From an uncultured delta proteobacterium (GTDB taxonomy: Bacteria > Desulfobacterota > Desulfuromonadia > Geobacterales > DSM-12255), in the NCBI GenBank assembly GCA_963787125.1, contig CAWBBV010000016.1:21679-85678 (forward strand): a stretch of 64,000 bases of DNA. Direction: 5' to 3'. A program made the position numbers and the translations under genes. Under the pieces are notes generated by a model. The model had not been told where the DNA came from. It saw only the letters and a program-made list of their open reading frames with translations, and made no database searches. The first letter of the stretch is position 1. Each line of letters starts with the position of its first letter. Of this stretch, positions 27,259 to 37,273 are shown piece after piece.

Positions 27259-29153
27259 AATCGGGTAGCCGGGGGTTTTTCTCCCCCAGCCCCCACACCA
27301 CCGGACATGCGGGTCCGCATCCGGCGGTTCGATAGAATTACCGGGCCGTAGCCGGGTAGTGAAGCTTCACCCACAGTTCTTTGACAGATAATAAGCCTTG
27401 ATCCTTCAGACATTTGTTGGTCAAACCGGTATGAGCAGCCAATCTTCGGGACATGGCCCACGGGCCACTTCTATTCAGGCCCGCTCGGATGGCGGTGAAT
27501 TTCTCCGTCCCCAACTTGAGCAGCTCCCGAATTTTGGTACGACACCAGCGCCACTGTTTCCAGTAACAGAGCCGTATCCTGCGCCTTATCCAACCGTCTA
27601 TTTCCGGAATTTCACGGTAATACTCCGATATTCCGAAGTACCCCATCCAGCCACGGAGATATTGAGCCAGTTTATACAACCGGTACTTCATGGAGACCCG
27701 CCAGCTTCTTCCGGTATACTGTTTGACGCGGCGTCTGAATTCCTTGTATGCCTTGTCAGACCAGATGATGCGGGTGCCACTGAAGATAAAACCAAGGAAG
27801 TCGATGCGGGATGTTCTTGCTACCGCACTCTTGGTTTCATTGACGTTAAGCTTGAGTTTGCTGGTCAGGAAGGTTTTCATCCCTTCCATTACCCGGTCGC
27901 CGGCGCGCTGGCTTTTGACGAGGATGACGAAGTCGTCTGCATAGCGGACGAACTTGTGACCGCGTTTCTCAAGTTCTTTGTCCAGTGTGTCGAGCAGGAT
28001 ATTGGCAAGAAGCGGCGAGAGGGGGCCACCCTGGGGAACACCCAGTCTGGTCTTTTCAAGACGCCCGTTTACCTTTACACCTGCCCGTAAGTACGTGCCG
28101 ATCAGGGCTAGTACCCGCTTGTCGTGAACTTTCTTGCTCACAAGGTGCATGAGCAGATCATGGTTGACCGTGTCGAAGAACTTGGCAAGGTCAATATCCA
28201 CGGCAATCCGGTATCCCTGCTGGATGTACTCCCGCACCTTTCGGACAGCATCTTTTGCTGACCGACGGGGACGGAAACCGAAGCTCGATGCGGAGAAGTC
28301 CGGATCGAAGATCGGTGTCAACACTTGGGCAATGGACTGTTGGATCAGCCGGTCAAGTACAGTGGGTATCCCCAGCGGACGGGTTCCACCCGTTGCTTTG
28401 GGAATCTCTACCCGCTTTACCGGCAAAGGTTGGTAACTGCCTGTCATTAGCGATTCGCGAATAGTGTTCCAGTGAGAACGGGTATGGTCGGGGAATTGTT
28501 CGATGGTGATGCCATCGACGCCGGGTGCGCCCTTATTGGCTTTGACCCGTTTCCACGCTTGCTCCATGTTCGCACTGGAGAGTATCCGCTCCAGTAGGTG
28601 CTGCTCAGGGGTTGGCTGATCAATGACGCGCTCCATAGGCATTCCCCCGGACGGGTTCTTTATGTCATGAAAGCTCATTGGTGCTACTCCCCTTTCTTCG
28701 TTCGGCCCTTCGGCGGGGTAAGGCTTCCCGGACTCTGCCGGGCTTGTTTCCAGTTGCCGGATCGCTTGCGGCAACGTCTCGCGCCTACTATGGCTTCTGC
28801 TGACTTCTGTCCGATACCCGGCATGTTGCCATGCAGAGCGCAGCCCCACGTATCTGGAACGGCAATTCGGACAGATCTCCCCGGATAAGAACGTGAACTG
28901 TGGCTACACAACCGCAGCATTTACCATTTCTCCTGAACCCATGGGACTTCGTCATGTTGTGCTGACTTGCCCGGATGATGGCCTTGTATGCTGTTTCTGT
29001 TCGTCGGCTCATAGCTTTGCGCTCCGGCTTCCTCCAGACCCCTCCTCGCGGAGACGCCCTTGCCTTCGGCTAGTACTTGGTTTACGCTGTCTCGCGACAG
29101 TGTTGGATTCACCGTACAGGGGACTTGCACCCCATAAGTTCACGCCCATGACG
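27259..29153 (-). mobile_element. Group II intron (~1,895 nt) inserted in sense orientation in the 3' part of tnsC
   Basis: Contains an RT/maturase ORF. 5' end GTGTACGCCCG (consensus GUGYG, so one mismatch). Downstream of the ORF there is a domain-V-like hairpin with a 2-nt 3'-side bulge (~27296-27330: AACCGCCGGAUGCG-GACC-CGCAU-GU-CCGGUGGU). A domain-VI-like stem with a bulged A follows (~27262-27295: GGGGGCUGGGGG-AGAAAAA-CCCCCGGCUACCC). The boundaries are ambiguous within a shared ATTG at both junctions. Confidence 0.8.
27338..28678 (-). CDS. Group II intron reverse transcriptase/maturase
   Basis: RT motifs KANKGAPGVDG, TGGTRPLGIPTVLDRLIQQ, VDIDLAKFFDTVNHDLL, GVPQGGPLSPLLANILL, FVRYADDFVIL, plus the maturase X domain (YLRGWMGYF). 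No obvious C-terminal HNH endonuclease. Start chosen at MSFHD (AAGGGGAG upstream); the track ORF extends to 28849 through intron RNA. Confidence 0.93.
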   Translation of the reverse strand: MSFHDIKNPSGGMPMERVIDQPTPEQHLLERILSSANMEQAWKRVKANKGAPGVDGITIEQFPDHTRSHWNTIRESLMTGSYQPLPVKRVEIPKATGGTRPLGIPTVLDRLIQQSIAQVLTPIFDPDFSASSFGFRPRRSAKDAVRKVREYIQQGYRIAVDIDLAKFFDTVNHDLLMHLVSKKVHDKRVLALIGTYLRAGVKVNGRLEKTRLGVPQGGPLSPLLANILLDTLDKELEKRGHKFVRYADDFVILVKSQRAGDRVMEGMKTFLTSKLKLNVNETKSAVARTSRIDFLGFIFSGTRIIWSDKAYKEFRRRVKQYTGRSWRVSMKYRLYKLAQYLRGWMGYFGISEYYREIPEIDGWIRRRIRLCYWKQWRWCRTKIRELLKLGTEKFTAIRAGLNRSGPWAMSRRLAAHTGLTNKCLKDQGLLSVKELWVKLHYPATAR

Positions 29154-30685
29154 GGCGTACACAATGACACTGGCGACTGACGCGCCTTGTCCTGTCGCGG
29201 GGCTCGCTTCGGTTTCTTCTTGGCAGTCTCCGGCCCACGATCCCGTAACATGCCGGAAATATGACCGATTAATTCAAAGTTCGAGGCGTTGGGGTACAGC
29301 GCACGCGCTTTTTCCGCCATCAGAGAAGCGATGTCTTGGGCCAAGCCAACCTGGACCAGCGCGGCGATGAGTTGGTCGGCCCAATTATCTTCGGCGGGTG
29401 GATCATACTGGTCGGGGGGTGAGTCTTGCCGCAACATAGGCTCAGATTGCAGCATTGCATTCTGGAAAATCTGACAGACATGGTTTTCCAGCGGCTTCAG
29501 ATCATCATATTTATCGATTTCCTTCTCATTTTTGGTCTTGAGCGCGGTCATCATCGGCTCGATTACCTTGAAATGCTGGGAGGCCGTCTCGCGGAACAAC
29601 TGGGCGTCCATCACTTCGGGGGTGTTGCGGATGGAGCTCTGTTCCATTACCTGAAGCTGGGTCAGCATGAACAACTTGATAAGCACGTCGATGATACCTT
29701 GGCTTTCATCATAGAGCACGTTGCGGATATCATCAGTCAGCGGAGTTTCCTGAAGGGTCCACTGGAACTTCCACAGGACGTCGACAAAATGGTTCCATAC
29801 TGGTCCAGGCTGTAACCGCTCCCAGACGGCACACCCAAGACCATTGGCACGACGCGCCTGTCGGAAATCGCCTTGAAACAACGGCAGCGCTCCCATGGTC
29901 CCAACAGTGATGACCGGAATACCTATGGTGTTGACCAGAGTGACCAGGAAATTCAACATAGCATCTTGTCCCACCCCATCGGCCAAGGTCAGATGCTGGA
30001 TCTCGTCAATGACCAGAACCCCCAAGGCGTGGCGATTCGCCAACTGCGCCATTTCTGCCATCATCAAATCGATGGAATTTTTGTTTTTTCCAAACTGGGC
30101 GAAGCTCCGTGTCCCCAATATCAGGTCCAGTTCGCGGAAAAAATGTCTGCAGAGCTGATTTGCAGAACCCTTGTAAGGGCAGTCGAGCTTTAGCCAAACT
30201 ACTTGCTGGAGGCTAAAGGGTTGGAGATGTTCGATAGTCTGCGGATAATATTCCAGAAGCCTGTTGATTGCCGTACTTTTGCCCGCCCCCGAGGTGCCCA
30301 ACAGAGTAAATCCCTCGGCCGTTCCCCTTACATAATGGCGGCCCGCGTTCAAATCACGGTTGATGATCCGTTCATGCCCGTCCTGCAGCCGCCGAATATA
30401 GTCGGTGGTCAGAGGATTGCGGCTGACATAGCCTTGCCGTAAGAGTGTCGAGAAGGCGGTTTCCAACCGCAGGTGATGATCAAGTGGTTCGAAGAAACGG
30501 CGCAAACGATACAAGCAATTAATCCGGATATGGAAAGGATAGTTTCGTTCTTCCGGTTTAAAATATGGAGGATCGGACAGGAATTTCAAGGCGTCGCGCT
30601 GGGAAAGCTGCGGAGGCAGTTGATTAATGAAGGGGTTGCTACTAAACTCGGGGAGGAGGGCGATATCGGTCTGAGGCTGGTCCAT
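29154..30685 (-). CDS. tnsC: tnsC exon 1 (AAA+ ATPase regulator of Tn7-type transposition)
   Basis: Walker A LLGTSGAGKSTAINRLL and Walker B-like LGVLVIDEIQHL. The track ORF (29009..30685) continues 48 codons into the intron (…CTPVMGVNLWGASPLYGESN…). Spliced product ~543 aa (Tn7 TnsC is 555 aa). Confidence 0.88.
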
Positions 30686-30691
30686 GATGGC

Positions 30692-32839
30692 TTACTCCTC
30701 CTCTTGATCATCTTTGCGAAATTTTCGTAACATCTCGGTGATGTCTGGCAGGCTGTAGTCTTTCTTTGCCGGTATGCCGGGAAAGGGAACGACATCTGCG
30801 GGTCGCGCCGTTTGTTTACGCTCAGGTCGCAGTGCATCACGCTTCTGCAAAGCTGTCCGCTCCACCTGACGATTGGGGCGGATTTCCTTGGTGCGTTGCC
30901 GGCTCGACGCAGGTGATCTGTTGGCCAGCGCGGATTGGGCCTCGGTCACAATCTGCTGAATCTGCTCTATCAGGTTGATGCGACCCGTAGTTTCCTCGGG
31001 TTGCTGCATGCGGGCAACACTCTTGGCCTCCTGTCGTAACTGATCAATTTCCCACAAAGTTTTGCCGACATGTTCGCGGCTCTGCCCCATCAGTGTACAG
31101 GGAATGAAATGCGGCTGACCGCTTTCGCCTTGTAGCCATATGTCGTCCATGCATCGTGGATCATAAGAAACGACGATCCGCCAGTTTCTGACCTGCCGGG
31201 CGCGCTCGAACCAGTGTTCCTTGATGGCCAGCGTGCAGGAATAGTAGAGCCCGAAAAGACGGATGCCCCGCTCTGTTACGGTCGCGTTGTCATGCGGCAG
31301 CAGACTGAGACGGACCAGATCAGCTGGATATTGCCGCAACCGTCCGCTTCGGTTAGCGATGCCCCAATTCCATAACTCAACTGGGACGGCGGGAACTCGA
31401 TCGCGAATCATCTCGGGACTGAGCGGGTACTCCTTCAACCGGTGCTGGATGTTATAGTATCGGACACAGACAAGTAGAATTTTTGTGAATTGATCGATAT
31501 TCAGTGTCGCGTCAAGGCGATAGTCATTGCCACCGCGCTGCTGATAATCTTCCTGAATATAGCCGGGGGTATATGCCTTGAATCGCGCTGGGAGCAGGCG
31601 GAATTGTTGTTCCACCACCCCTTTCCAATCGGCGCGATAGGGAGCGGAGTTTTCTATCCTGACGGCAAAGGCCTTAATCAGCGTTTCTACCATCTGCCCG
31701 ACCATTTCCCCCCGGTCGCCCATAATAGCTTCCGGCATGCCCTGGCAGGGCCATTGGTCGCTACTGAAGCTGACGCCAAACCGGTCGCAATAAGGCCCCT
31801 TGTCCAATATGGCATTGCTCAGCGCCTGCATGGCTCCCACCCAGCTTGGTCCCTCGAACCCGACATGCAGGCCGGTAATCATTCTGCTGAAAACGTCTAT
31901 GATGACGTAGACAACTGGACGGCCAACGATCTTGTCCGAGAAATAACGGGAGACGAGATAAACATCGGCAATGGTTGCGTCGATCAGGTAGCGGGAGCCG
32001 GGACCGATGGTCTCCGCCGTGGCTGTGCCGGTCAATGCCCGCATGTCCTTGTCATAGACACGCGGTGAGACCCGCCGCCGCTTCAATTCGAAGATGTCGT
32101 TGTCCTTTTGATACCAGTAACGGAACTGCCACCAACTGGGCGCATCTGGACGTAAAATCAGTTCCTGCTGGCTGGTTTCCGTATTGATCACCGAGTCGGA
32201 AAAGAAAGATCCCAGCATGGCATGATAACACTCGGTCAGTTCAAAGACCGAATGCATGGCATAATATTTGGTGATGGCCACCTTGAAGATTAGGCGTGTT
32301 TCTACGGTAACATTGGCCGAGGGCTCGTTGTTTTTCGGCGGTCGCCCCCGTGGCTTTCCTGTGGCGGGACGCTCCTTCCCCCTCCCACCGCAATAGTCAT
32401 AGTCTGGCAGCAGGGCATTGGGAGTCATGCCACGCTGCCAGTAGCGACGTAGCAACCGCAACAGGCTGTGGCAGCTTTCGCCATGAGCCGTGACGGTTTC
32501 GGCGATAATCTGCCCCCGCTTGCGGAGGTCGAAAATCTCTGGTTGCCGGGCGAGCAGCGGTGCGATTCGAGCATAGTTCTCATCACGAATGACGCGTTGG
32601 GCGGGTGAGAGCTGATCCTCGATCACCATGATCAGGAAGGGATCATCTGCTCGCAGATGAATCGCCTCCTCGCTCTGCAACCGGATCACATCTTCATGCC
32701 GTCGATAGGCCGGATTGGCCCGTTCCGCCAGGATATCGATGACAACATATCCTGGGTCCAGGGTATCGAACCATAGCACCCGTTCGGTGTGACCGTCTTC
32801 GGTAAATTCCAACAGCTGGTTCAGGGTCAGGAGGGTCAT
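30692..32839 (-). CDS. tnsB: TnsB, Mu/retroviral-integrase-type DDE transposase
   Basis: 715 aa. rve-type core (YLIDATIADVYLV..., VIIDVFSRMITGLHVGF..., MGDRGEM...). The position between tnsA and tnsC is typical. Confidence 0.9.
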   Translation of the reverse strand: MTLLTLNQLLEFTEDGHTERVLWFDTLDPGYVVIDILAERANPAYRRHEDVIRLQSEEAIHLRADDPFLIMVIEDQLSPAQRVIRDENYARIAPLLARQPEIFDLRKRGQIIAETVTAHGESCHSLLRLLRRYWQRGMTPNALLPDYDYCGGRGKERPATGKPRGRPPKNNEPSANVTVETRLIFKVAITKYYAMHSVFELTECYHAMLGSFFSDSVINTETSQQELILRPDAPSWWQFRYWYQKDNDIFELKRRRVSPRVYDKDMRALTGTATAETIGPGSRYLIDATIADVYLVSRYFSDKIVGRPVVYVIIDVFSRMITGLHVGFEGPSWVGAMQALSNAILDKGPYCDRFGVSFSSDQWPCQGMPEAIMGDRGEMVGQMVETLIKAFAVRIENSAPYRADWKGVVEQQFRLLPARFKAYTPGYIQEDYQQRGGNDYRLDATLNIDQFTKILLVCVRYYNIQHRLKEYPLSPEMIRDRVPAVPVELWNWGIANRSGRLRQYPADLVRLSLLPHDNATVTERGIRLFGLYYSCTLAIKEHWFERARQVRNWRIVVSYDPRCMDDIWLQGESGQPHFIPCTLMGQSREHVGKTLWEIDQLRQEAKSVARMQQPEETTGRINLIEQIQQIVTEAQSALANRSPASSRQRTKEIRPNRQVERTALQKRDALRPERKQTARPADVVPFPGIPAKKDYSLPDITEMLRKFRKDDQEEE

Positions 32840-33675
32840 GCTCGCTTCTCCATATAGCTGGAAAGTGGCATCTGAAACGATGCCATGGTCAGTCGGTCGC
32901 TCAGCGTCAGGGTCTCCATGTCGCAGATGATCGACTTAGTGGCCAGGAGATGGCGGAACAGCATCAGCCCATCACCATCGATTAGCTCTAGGCGGGCCTC
33001 CATGTCGGAGCAGAACTGGCGTAAAGTCTGCCACGGTGAGGCCATAACCTGTGCCAGCATCCTTCGGGCTGCGTCCTGGTAAAATCCGGGATGTGGTTCG
33101 ATAAGATCATTCAATCGATAGAAACTGTGAACCCATTCGATATTGCGAATCAGGCAGGTGGGAAGAACTGCCGGGGTGACGATGCTCCAGTCAACCGCCT
33201 TGGTGCCCCAGTAAATCCTTTCTATTTCAAGCTTTTCTCTTGTCCGGGGAACGTCGAGATCCTTGCCAAGCTTGACCGCATAGGCCACTTGGGCCAGGCA
33301 TCCGTCTTTCCAGACATCGACCAGAAAGTCAGTGGTCATGACCATCGGCGTGGACATGCCGGGAAAGCGGGGAGGTTGGATATTACAGGTCTGAGCGATG
33401 AGGGTTGTTGCGGACCGGTCGAGGGGGAATTGTTCCCGGATATCGGCGACTGACTCTTCCCATTCCAGCCAGTAGAACAAGCTACGTTCAATATCAGAAA
33501 GAAGATGGTGTATTCGGCCAGTATGAATGCCCATAGGGCGCGTGCTGCGCCCTATCGAGGGGACATCTTGAACGGTTAGCCAGGGCTTGTAGTCATTCTT
33601 GTTTCCCTTTCCCCGTCCTTCCTTTTCGAACAGGGCAATCCGTTGTTCGTCAATGACATATCGGCGTCGTGCCAT
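32836..33675 (-). CDS. tnsA: TnsA, restriction-endonuclease-like transposase subunit
   Basis: 279 aa. HLLSDIERSLFYWLEWEESVADIREQFPL and MTTDFLVDV match the TnsA N-terminal catalytic-domain pattern. First gene inside the right end; its stop overlaps the tnsB start. Confidence 0.88.
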   Translation of the reverse strand: MARRRYVIDEQRIALFEKEGRGKGNKNDYKPWLTVQDVPSIGRSTRPMGIHTGRIHHLLSDIERSLFYWLEWEESVADIREQFPLDRSATTLIAQTCNIQPPRFPGMSTPMVMTTDFLVDVWKDGCLAQVAYAVKLGKDLDVPRTREKLEIERIYWGTKAVDWSIVTPAVLPTCLIRNIEWVHSFYRLNDLIEPHPGFYQDAARRMLAQVMASPWQTLRQFCSDMEARLELIDGDGLMLFRHLLATKSIICDMETLTLSDRLTMASFQMPLSSYMEKRA

Positions 33676-33744
33676 GGCACCCCTCCGGGAATAAGATCAT
33701 CCTAATGACAGAATACACCGATACCCGAAGAAAGCAATGGTCAG

Positions 33745-33809
33745 GACCAAACTTTATTCATCACGAGCAAACTATTTTACCCATGAGCAAACTTTATTAC
33801 ATCTGGACA
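33745..33809. repeat. Tn7-like right end: three abutting ~20-bp TnsB-type binding repeats ending in terminal ...ACA (5'-TGT on the element strand)
   Basis: GACCAAACTTTATTCATCAC / GAGCAAACTATTTTACCCAT / GAGCAAACTTTATTACATCTGGACA. The terminal ACA is at 33807-33809. There are 24 nt (33810-33833) to the glmS stop codon. Confidence 0.75.
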
Positions 33810-33833
33810 AAGGAGTCTTCGGCAAAGCTCAGA

Positions 33834-35669
33834 TCATTCGACTGTAACGCTTTTTGCCAGGTTCCTCGGCTGATCCACATCGGTCCCTTTCATGACTGCA
33901 ATGTGGTAGGCAAGGAGTTGCATCGGGATGGAGAGGAGCAGTGGCAGCAGCTCTTCGGCAGCAGGGGGAATCTCGATGACCGCCTCGACTTTCCCTCGGA
34001 CATCCTGGTCTCCTTGTGTGCAGACAGCAATCACCCTGCCGCCCCTGGCAATGACCTCCTCCATATTGGAGGCGACCTTATCGTAGGTGCTGTTTTTCGG
34101 CACAAGCACCACGACCGGCATGTTCTCATCAATCAGGGCTATCGGGCCATGCTTCATTTCACCTGCCGGATATCCTTCGGCATGGATGTACGAAATTTCT
34201 TTCAGTTTAAGCGCCCCTTCAAGGGCTATGGGGTAGTTCATGCCGCGCCCCAGGTAGAGGAAGTCGCGAGCGTTCATATAGCGCCTGGCGATCTTCTCGA
34301 CAGTTGCATCAAGCGTGAGTGTCTCCTCCATCAGTGAGGACACCTGCAGGAGTCCTTTAGTCAGGACGATTCCTTTTGCCTTGTCTATTCTGCCGATTCC
34401 CCGGCCAAAACGGATAGTCAGCAGATAAAGGGCGACCAACTGGGTAACGAATGCTTTTGTCGAAGCAACGCCGATTTCAGGGCCGGCGTGGGTATAAATA
34501 ACGCCATCCGCCTCTCTGGCAATCGAGGAATCAACGACGTTGCAGATAGCAACGGCTTTTGCCCCACGCGAGCGCGCTTCCCTCATGGCTGCCAGAGTAT
34601 CGGCGGTTTCACCGGACTGGGAGATCAGCACCATCAGCGTCCGTTCATTGACAACGGGATTGCGGTAACGAAACTCCGAGGCAATATCCACCTCAACCGG
34701 CAGGCGACAGTGCTCTTCCAGAAGGAACTTGCCGACAAGTCCCGAATGCCAGGAGGTGCCGCAGGCAACGATGCAGATCCTGTCTATTTTTGCCAGCGCT
34801 TCATCGTCAAGGTTGAAATCTTCGAGGAAAACATCCCCCTCCTCCTCCAGCAGGCGGCCGGAAATTGTATCCCGTATGGCTCTTGGCTGTTCATAAATCT
34901 CCTTGAGCATGAAATGCTTGTAGCCCCCCTTTTCGGCCATAAGAGGTGACCAGTCGATATGCCTGGACTGCTTGACCAGTTTCTCGCCGGCAAGGGTCGA
35001 AAATTCAGGCTCCGTGGCTAACGCCCGGAACAGCACGAACTCGCCATCCTCCATAAAAACCATTTGTCTGGTATGGGCAAGGATGGCCGGGATGTCTGAA
35101 GCTACAAAAAATTCGGAATCGCCGAGACCAACGACCATGGGAGAGCCCTGTTTGGAGGCGATCAGCACCCCTGGCTCGTCCTCGCAGAGGATGCAGACTG
35201 CATATGCGCCTCTCACCTTCGAGAGCGCCTGACGTACCGCAGACTCAAAGCCGCAGCCGGATTCAAGCTCCTCTTCAACAAGATGGGATATTACCTCGGT
35301 GTCGGTCTCGGATAAGAAGCGATGGCCGATGCTGCGCAGATTCTCTCTAAGCTGAAGATAGTTCTCAATGATGCCGTTATGGACAACTATCACACTGCCT
35401 GCCTTGTGTGGGTGGGCATTGACAACCGAAGGTCTGCCGTGGGTAGCCCAGCGGGTATGCCCGATGCCTATGGAGCCTGGCAGCGGCATGTCGGCAAGAA
35501 TTTTTTCCAGATTCACCAGTTTTCCTTCACTTCTAGCCATAACTGCCGAGCCGTTTACGATTGTACAGATCCCGGCAGAGTCATAACCGCGGTACTCAAG
35601 CTTTTTGAGCCCTTCAAGGATGACAGGAGTCGCCTGCTGATTGCCAATATAACCTACAATTCCGCACAT
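33834..35669 (-). CDS. glmS: Glutamine--fructose-6-phosphate aminotransferase
   Basis: 611 aa; [10 protein letters not shown]-terminal nucleophile and two SIS domains; C-terminal ...[13 protein letters not shown]. Confidence 0.98.
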   Translation of the reverse strand: MCGIVGYIGNQQATPVILEGLKKLEYRGYDSAGICTIVNGSAVMARSEGKLVNLEKILADMPLPGSIGIGHTRWATHGRPSVVNAHPHKAGSVIVVHNGIIENYLQLRENLRSIGHRFLSETDTEVISHLVEEELESGCGFESAVRQALSKVRGAYAVCILCEDEPGVLIASKQGSPMVVGLGDSEFFVASDIPAILAHTRQMVFMEDGEFVLFRALATEPEFSTLAGEKLVKQSRHIDWSPLMAEKGGYKHFMLKEIYEQPRAIRDTISGRLLEEEGDVFLEDFNLDDEALAKIDRICIVACGTSWHSGLVGKFLLEEHCRLPVEVDIASEFRYRNPVVNERTLMVLISQSGETADTLAAMREARSRGAKAVAICNVVDSSIAREADGVIYTHAGPEIGVASTKAFVTQLVALYLLTIRFGRGIGRIDKAKGIVLTKGLLQVSSLMEETLTLDATVEKIARRYMNARDFLYLGRGMNYPIALEGALKLKEISYIHAEGYPAGEMKHGPIALIDENMPVVVLVPKNSTYDKVASNMEEVIARGGRVIAVCTQGDQDVRGKVEAVIEIPPAAEELLPLLLSIPMQLLAYHIAVMKGTDVDQPRNLAKSVTVE

Positions 35670-35725
35670 AAAAGTCTCCGTTCAAAATTCATGAATTCAC
35701 TCGACAACTACACTAATAAAAGCGT

Positions 35726-37096
35726 CTATTTCTTCTTCAAAATCCAGCCGTCCTTGTTAACCTGCGGAGTCCGGGCGATTGCCAGTGAATCCGGCGGGAC
35801 ATCTTTAGTGATAGTAGTTCCGGCAGCTATCAGTGAGTTGCTGCCGACTGTCACCGGAGCAACCAGCTGGACATCGCTGCCGACAAAGACATTGTCGCCG
35901 ATAATCGTCCGATGTTTTTTAACGCCGTCATAATTGCAGGTGATTGTGCCGCAGCCGATATTGACATCTTTCCCTATATCCGCATCGCCAAGATAGGTGA
36001 GATGTGACGCCTTTGACCCCGCCCCCATGACGATCTTCTTGGTTTCGACAAAATTACCGATCTTCACATGGTCGCCAAGGTTGGAGCCGGGTCTTAAGTG
36101 AGCCATCGGGCCGATGGAGACTTCATTCCCGAGCACTGACTCCGCCAGCACTGAGCCTGTCTTGATGGTTACACTTTCACCTATCCTGCAATCACGGATC
36201 ACTGCACCGGACTCAAGCAGACAGTTGGCGCCGATAACAGTACTGCCTGAAATATGAACGTTCGGATAAATAATTGTGTCTCTGCCGATGGAGACCCCTG
36301 CTTCGATATAGGTAGTTGCCGGATCGATCAGGGTTACTCCGGAAAGCATCAGCTCCCGGTTGATACGACTACGCTGGATTGTCGCCGCAGCCGCAAGCTG
36401 CACCCGGTCATTGACGCCCATGACTTCATCCGGATCAGCGGTGGGAAATGCCAGGCAGAGGCGGTTCTGCTCGGCGGCAATCCTGACGATATCAGTCAGG
36501 TAGTATTCCCCTTGGGCATTGTCGCACTTCAGCCCGGACAGAGCATCGAAAAGGAACTCGGCGGACACACAATATATGCCTGAATTAATTTCCGTAATTT
36601 CCTGCTCTTCAGAATTTGCATCCTTCTCTTCGACAATTCTGCTGATTCTTCCACCTTCACGTTTGACAATCCGGCCATAGCCGAAAGGGTTGTCAAGGTG
36701 GGTTGTCAATACAGACACTGCCGCGCCCCGTTTTTCATGATTGGCAAGCATGGCAAGCAGCGTTTCATGGCGAAGGAGCGGCACATCGCCGCAAAGGATT
36801 AAAATAGTCCCGTTGAAACCTTCAAGTGCTGCACGCGCGCAAGCGGCAGCATGACCTGTACCAAGCTGTTCCTCCTGAGTTGCAAAGGTTATTGAATCGT
36901 CCGCGGCAAAGAGCTCCCTTACCCTGTCAGCCTGATGCCCCACCACAATCGTAACTCGCCCGGCACCGGCAGCCTTGGCTGCCAGAACCGACCAGGAGAT
37001 CATCGGCTTACCCCCCACACCGTGCATAATTTTTAACAGGCCGGACTTCATCCGTGTTCCCATACCTGCTGCAAGAATTACCGCTGCGACACTCAT
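35726..37096 (-). CDS. glmU: Bifunctional UDP-GlcNAc pyrophosphorylase / GlcN-1-P acetyltransferase
   Basis: 456 aa; AVILAAGMGTRMKS nucleotidyltransferase motif and C-terminal left-handed beta-helix hexapeptide repeats. Confidence 0.96.
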   Translation of the reverse strand: MSVAAVILAAGMGTRMKSGLLKIMHGVGGKPMISWSVLAAKAAGAGRVTIVVGHQADRVRELFAADDSITFATQEEQLGTGHAAACARAALEGFNGTILILCGDVPLLRHETLLAMLANHEKRGAAVSVLTTHLDNPFGYGRIVKREGGRISRIVEEKDANSEEQEITEINSGIYCVSAEFLFDALSGLKCDNAQGEYYLTDIVRIAAEQNRLCLAFPTADPDEVMGVNDRVQLAAAATIQRSRINRELMLSGVTLIDPATTYIEAGVSIGRDTIIYPNVHISGSTVIGANCLLESGAVIRDCRIGESVTIKTGSVLAESVLGNEVSIGPMAHLRPGSNLGDHVKIGNFVETKKIVMGAGSKASHLTYLGDADIGKDVNIGCGTITCNYDGVKKHRTIIGDNVFVGSDVQLVAPVTVGSNSLIAAGTTITKDVPPDSLAIARTPQVNKDGWILKKK

Positions 37097-37273
37097 AATG
37101 ATATGACCTCCAATTCACGACACTCGGCCAATTTTACCCACTAAATCAGATTTGACACTTTAGACGATACTGCTTGCCATCGTCAAGAAATTAAGCCTTT
37201 TACATAATCCTGGGACCTCGTTTTGACTTTACACAAAGCAGTGATGCGTTTATATTCTCTAACCGGAGAAACC

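Larger units (their letters stand above)
23690..33809 (-). mobile_element. Tn7-like transposon, right end + tnsABCD(E) module inserted at attTn7(glmS); left end not identified, so the element probably extends further left
   Basis: The gene order tnsA-B-C-D-E reading inward from a TGT-terminated end lies just downstream of glmS. I found no inverted copy of the AATAAAGTTTG-type repeat anywhere at 1-23690. Confidence 0.8.

Noticed and set aside
25386-27335. Cluster of plus-strand ORFs (up to 204 aa) and out-of-frame minus ORFs
   Set aside because: They are antisense or out of frame within the GC-rich tnsD gene; the Arg/Pro/Gly-rich translations are shadow ORFs.
27159-27461. 100-aa minus-strand ORF
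   Set aside because: It is a chimera: its 5' two-thirds read through intron domain V/VI RNA, and only the last 33 codons (tnsC exon 2) are meaningful.
28679-28849. 57-codon N-terminal extension of the intron RT ORF in the track
   Set aside because: It lies in structured intron RNA upstream of a good RBS+ATG (MSFHD), and RT homology begins after that point.
29009-29153. Last 48 codons of the tnsC track ORF (CTPVMGVNLWGASPLYG...)
   Set aside because: This is read-through into the 5' end of the group II intron, not TnsC sequence.
23690-33809. Possibility of a CRISPR-associated transposon (CAST) or a retron
   Set aside because: I saw no cas genes, no repeat-spacer array and no TniQ-Cascade arrangement. 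The only RT has full group II intron RT/maturase motifs and flanking intron RNA structures, so it is not retron-like.
33669-35933. Plus-strand ORFs 33669-34337, 34488-34949 and 35322-35933
   Set aside because: They are antisense to tnsA/glmS/glmU, which carry unmistakable enzyme motifs.
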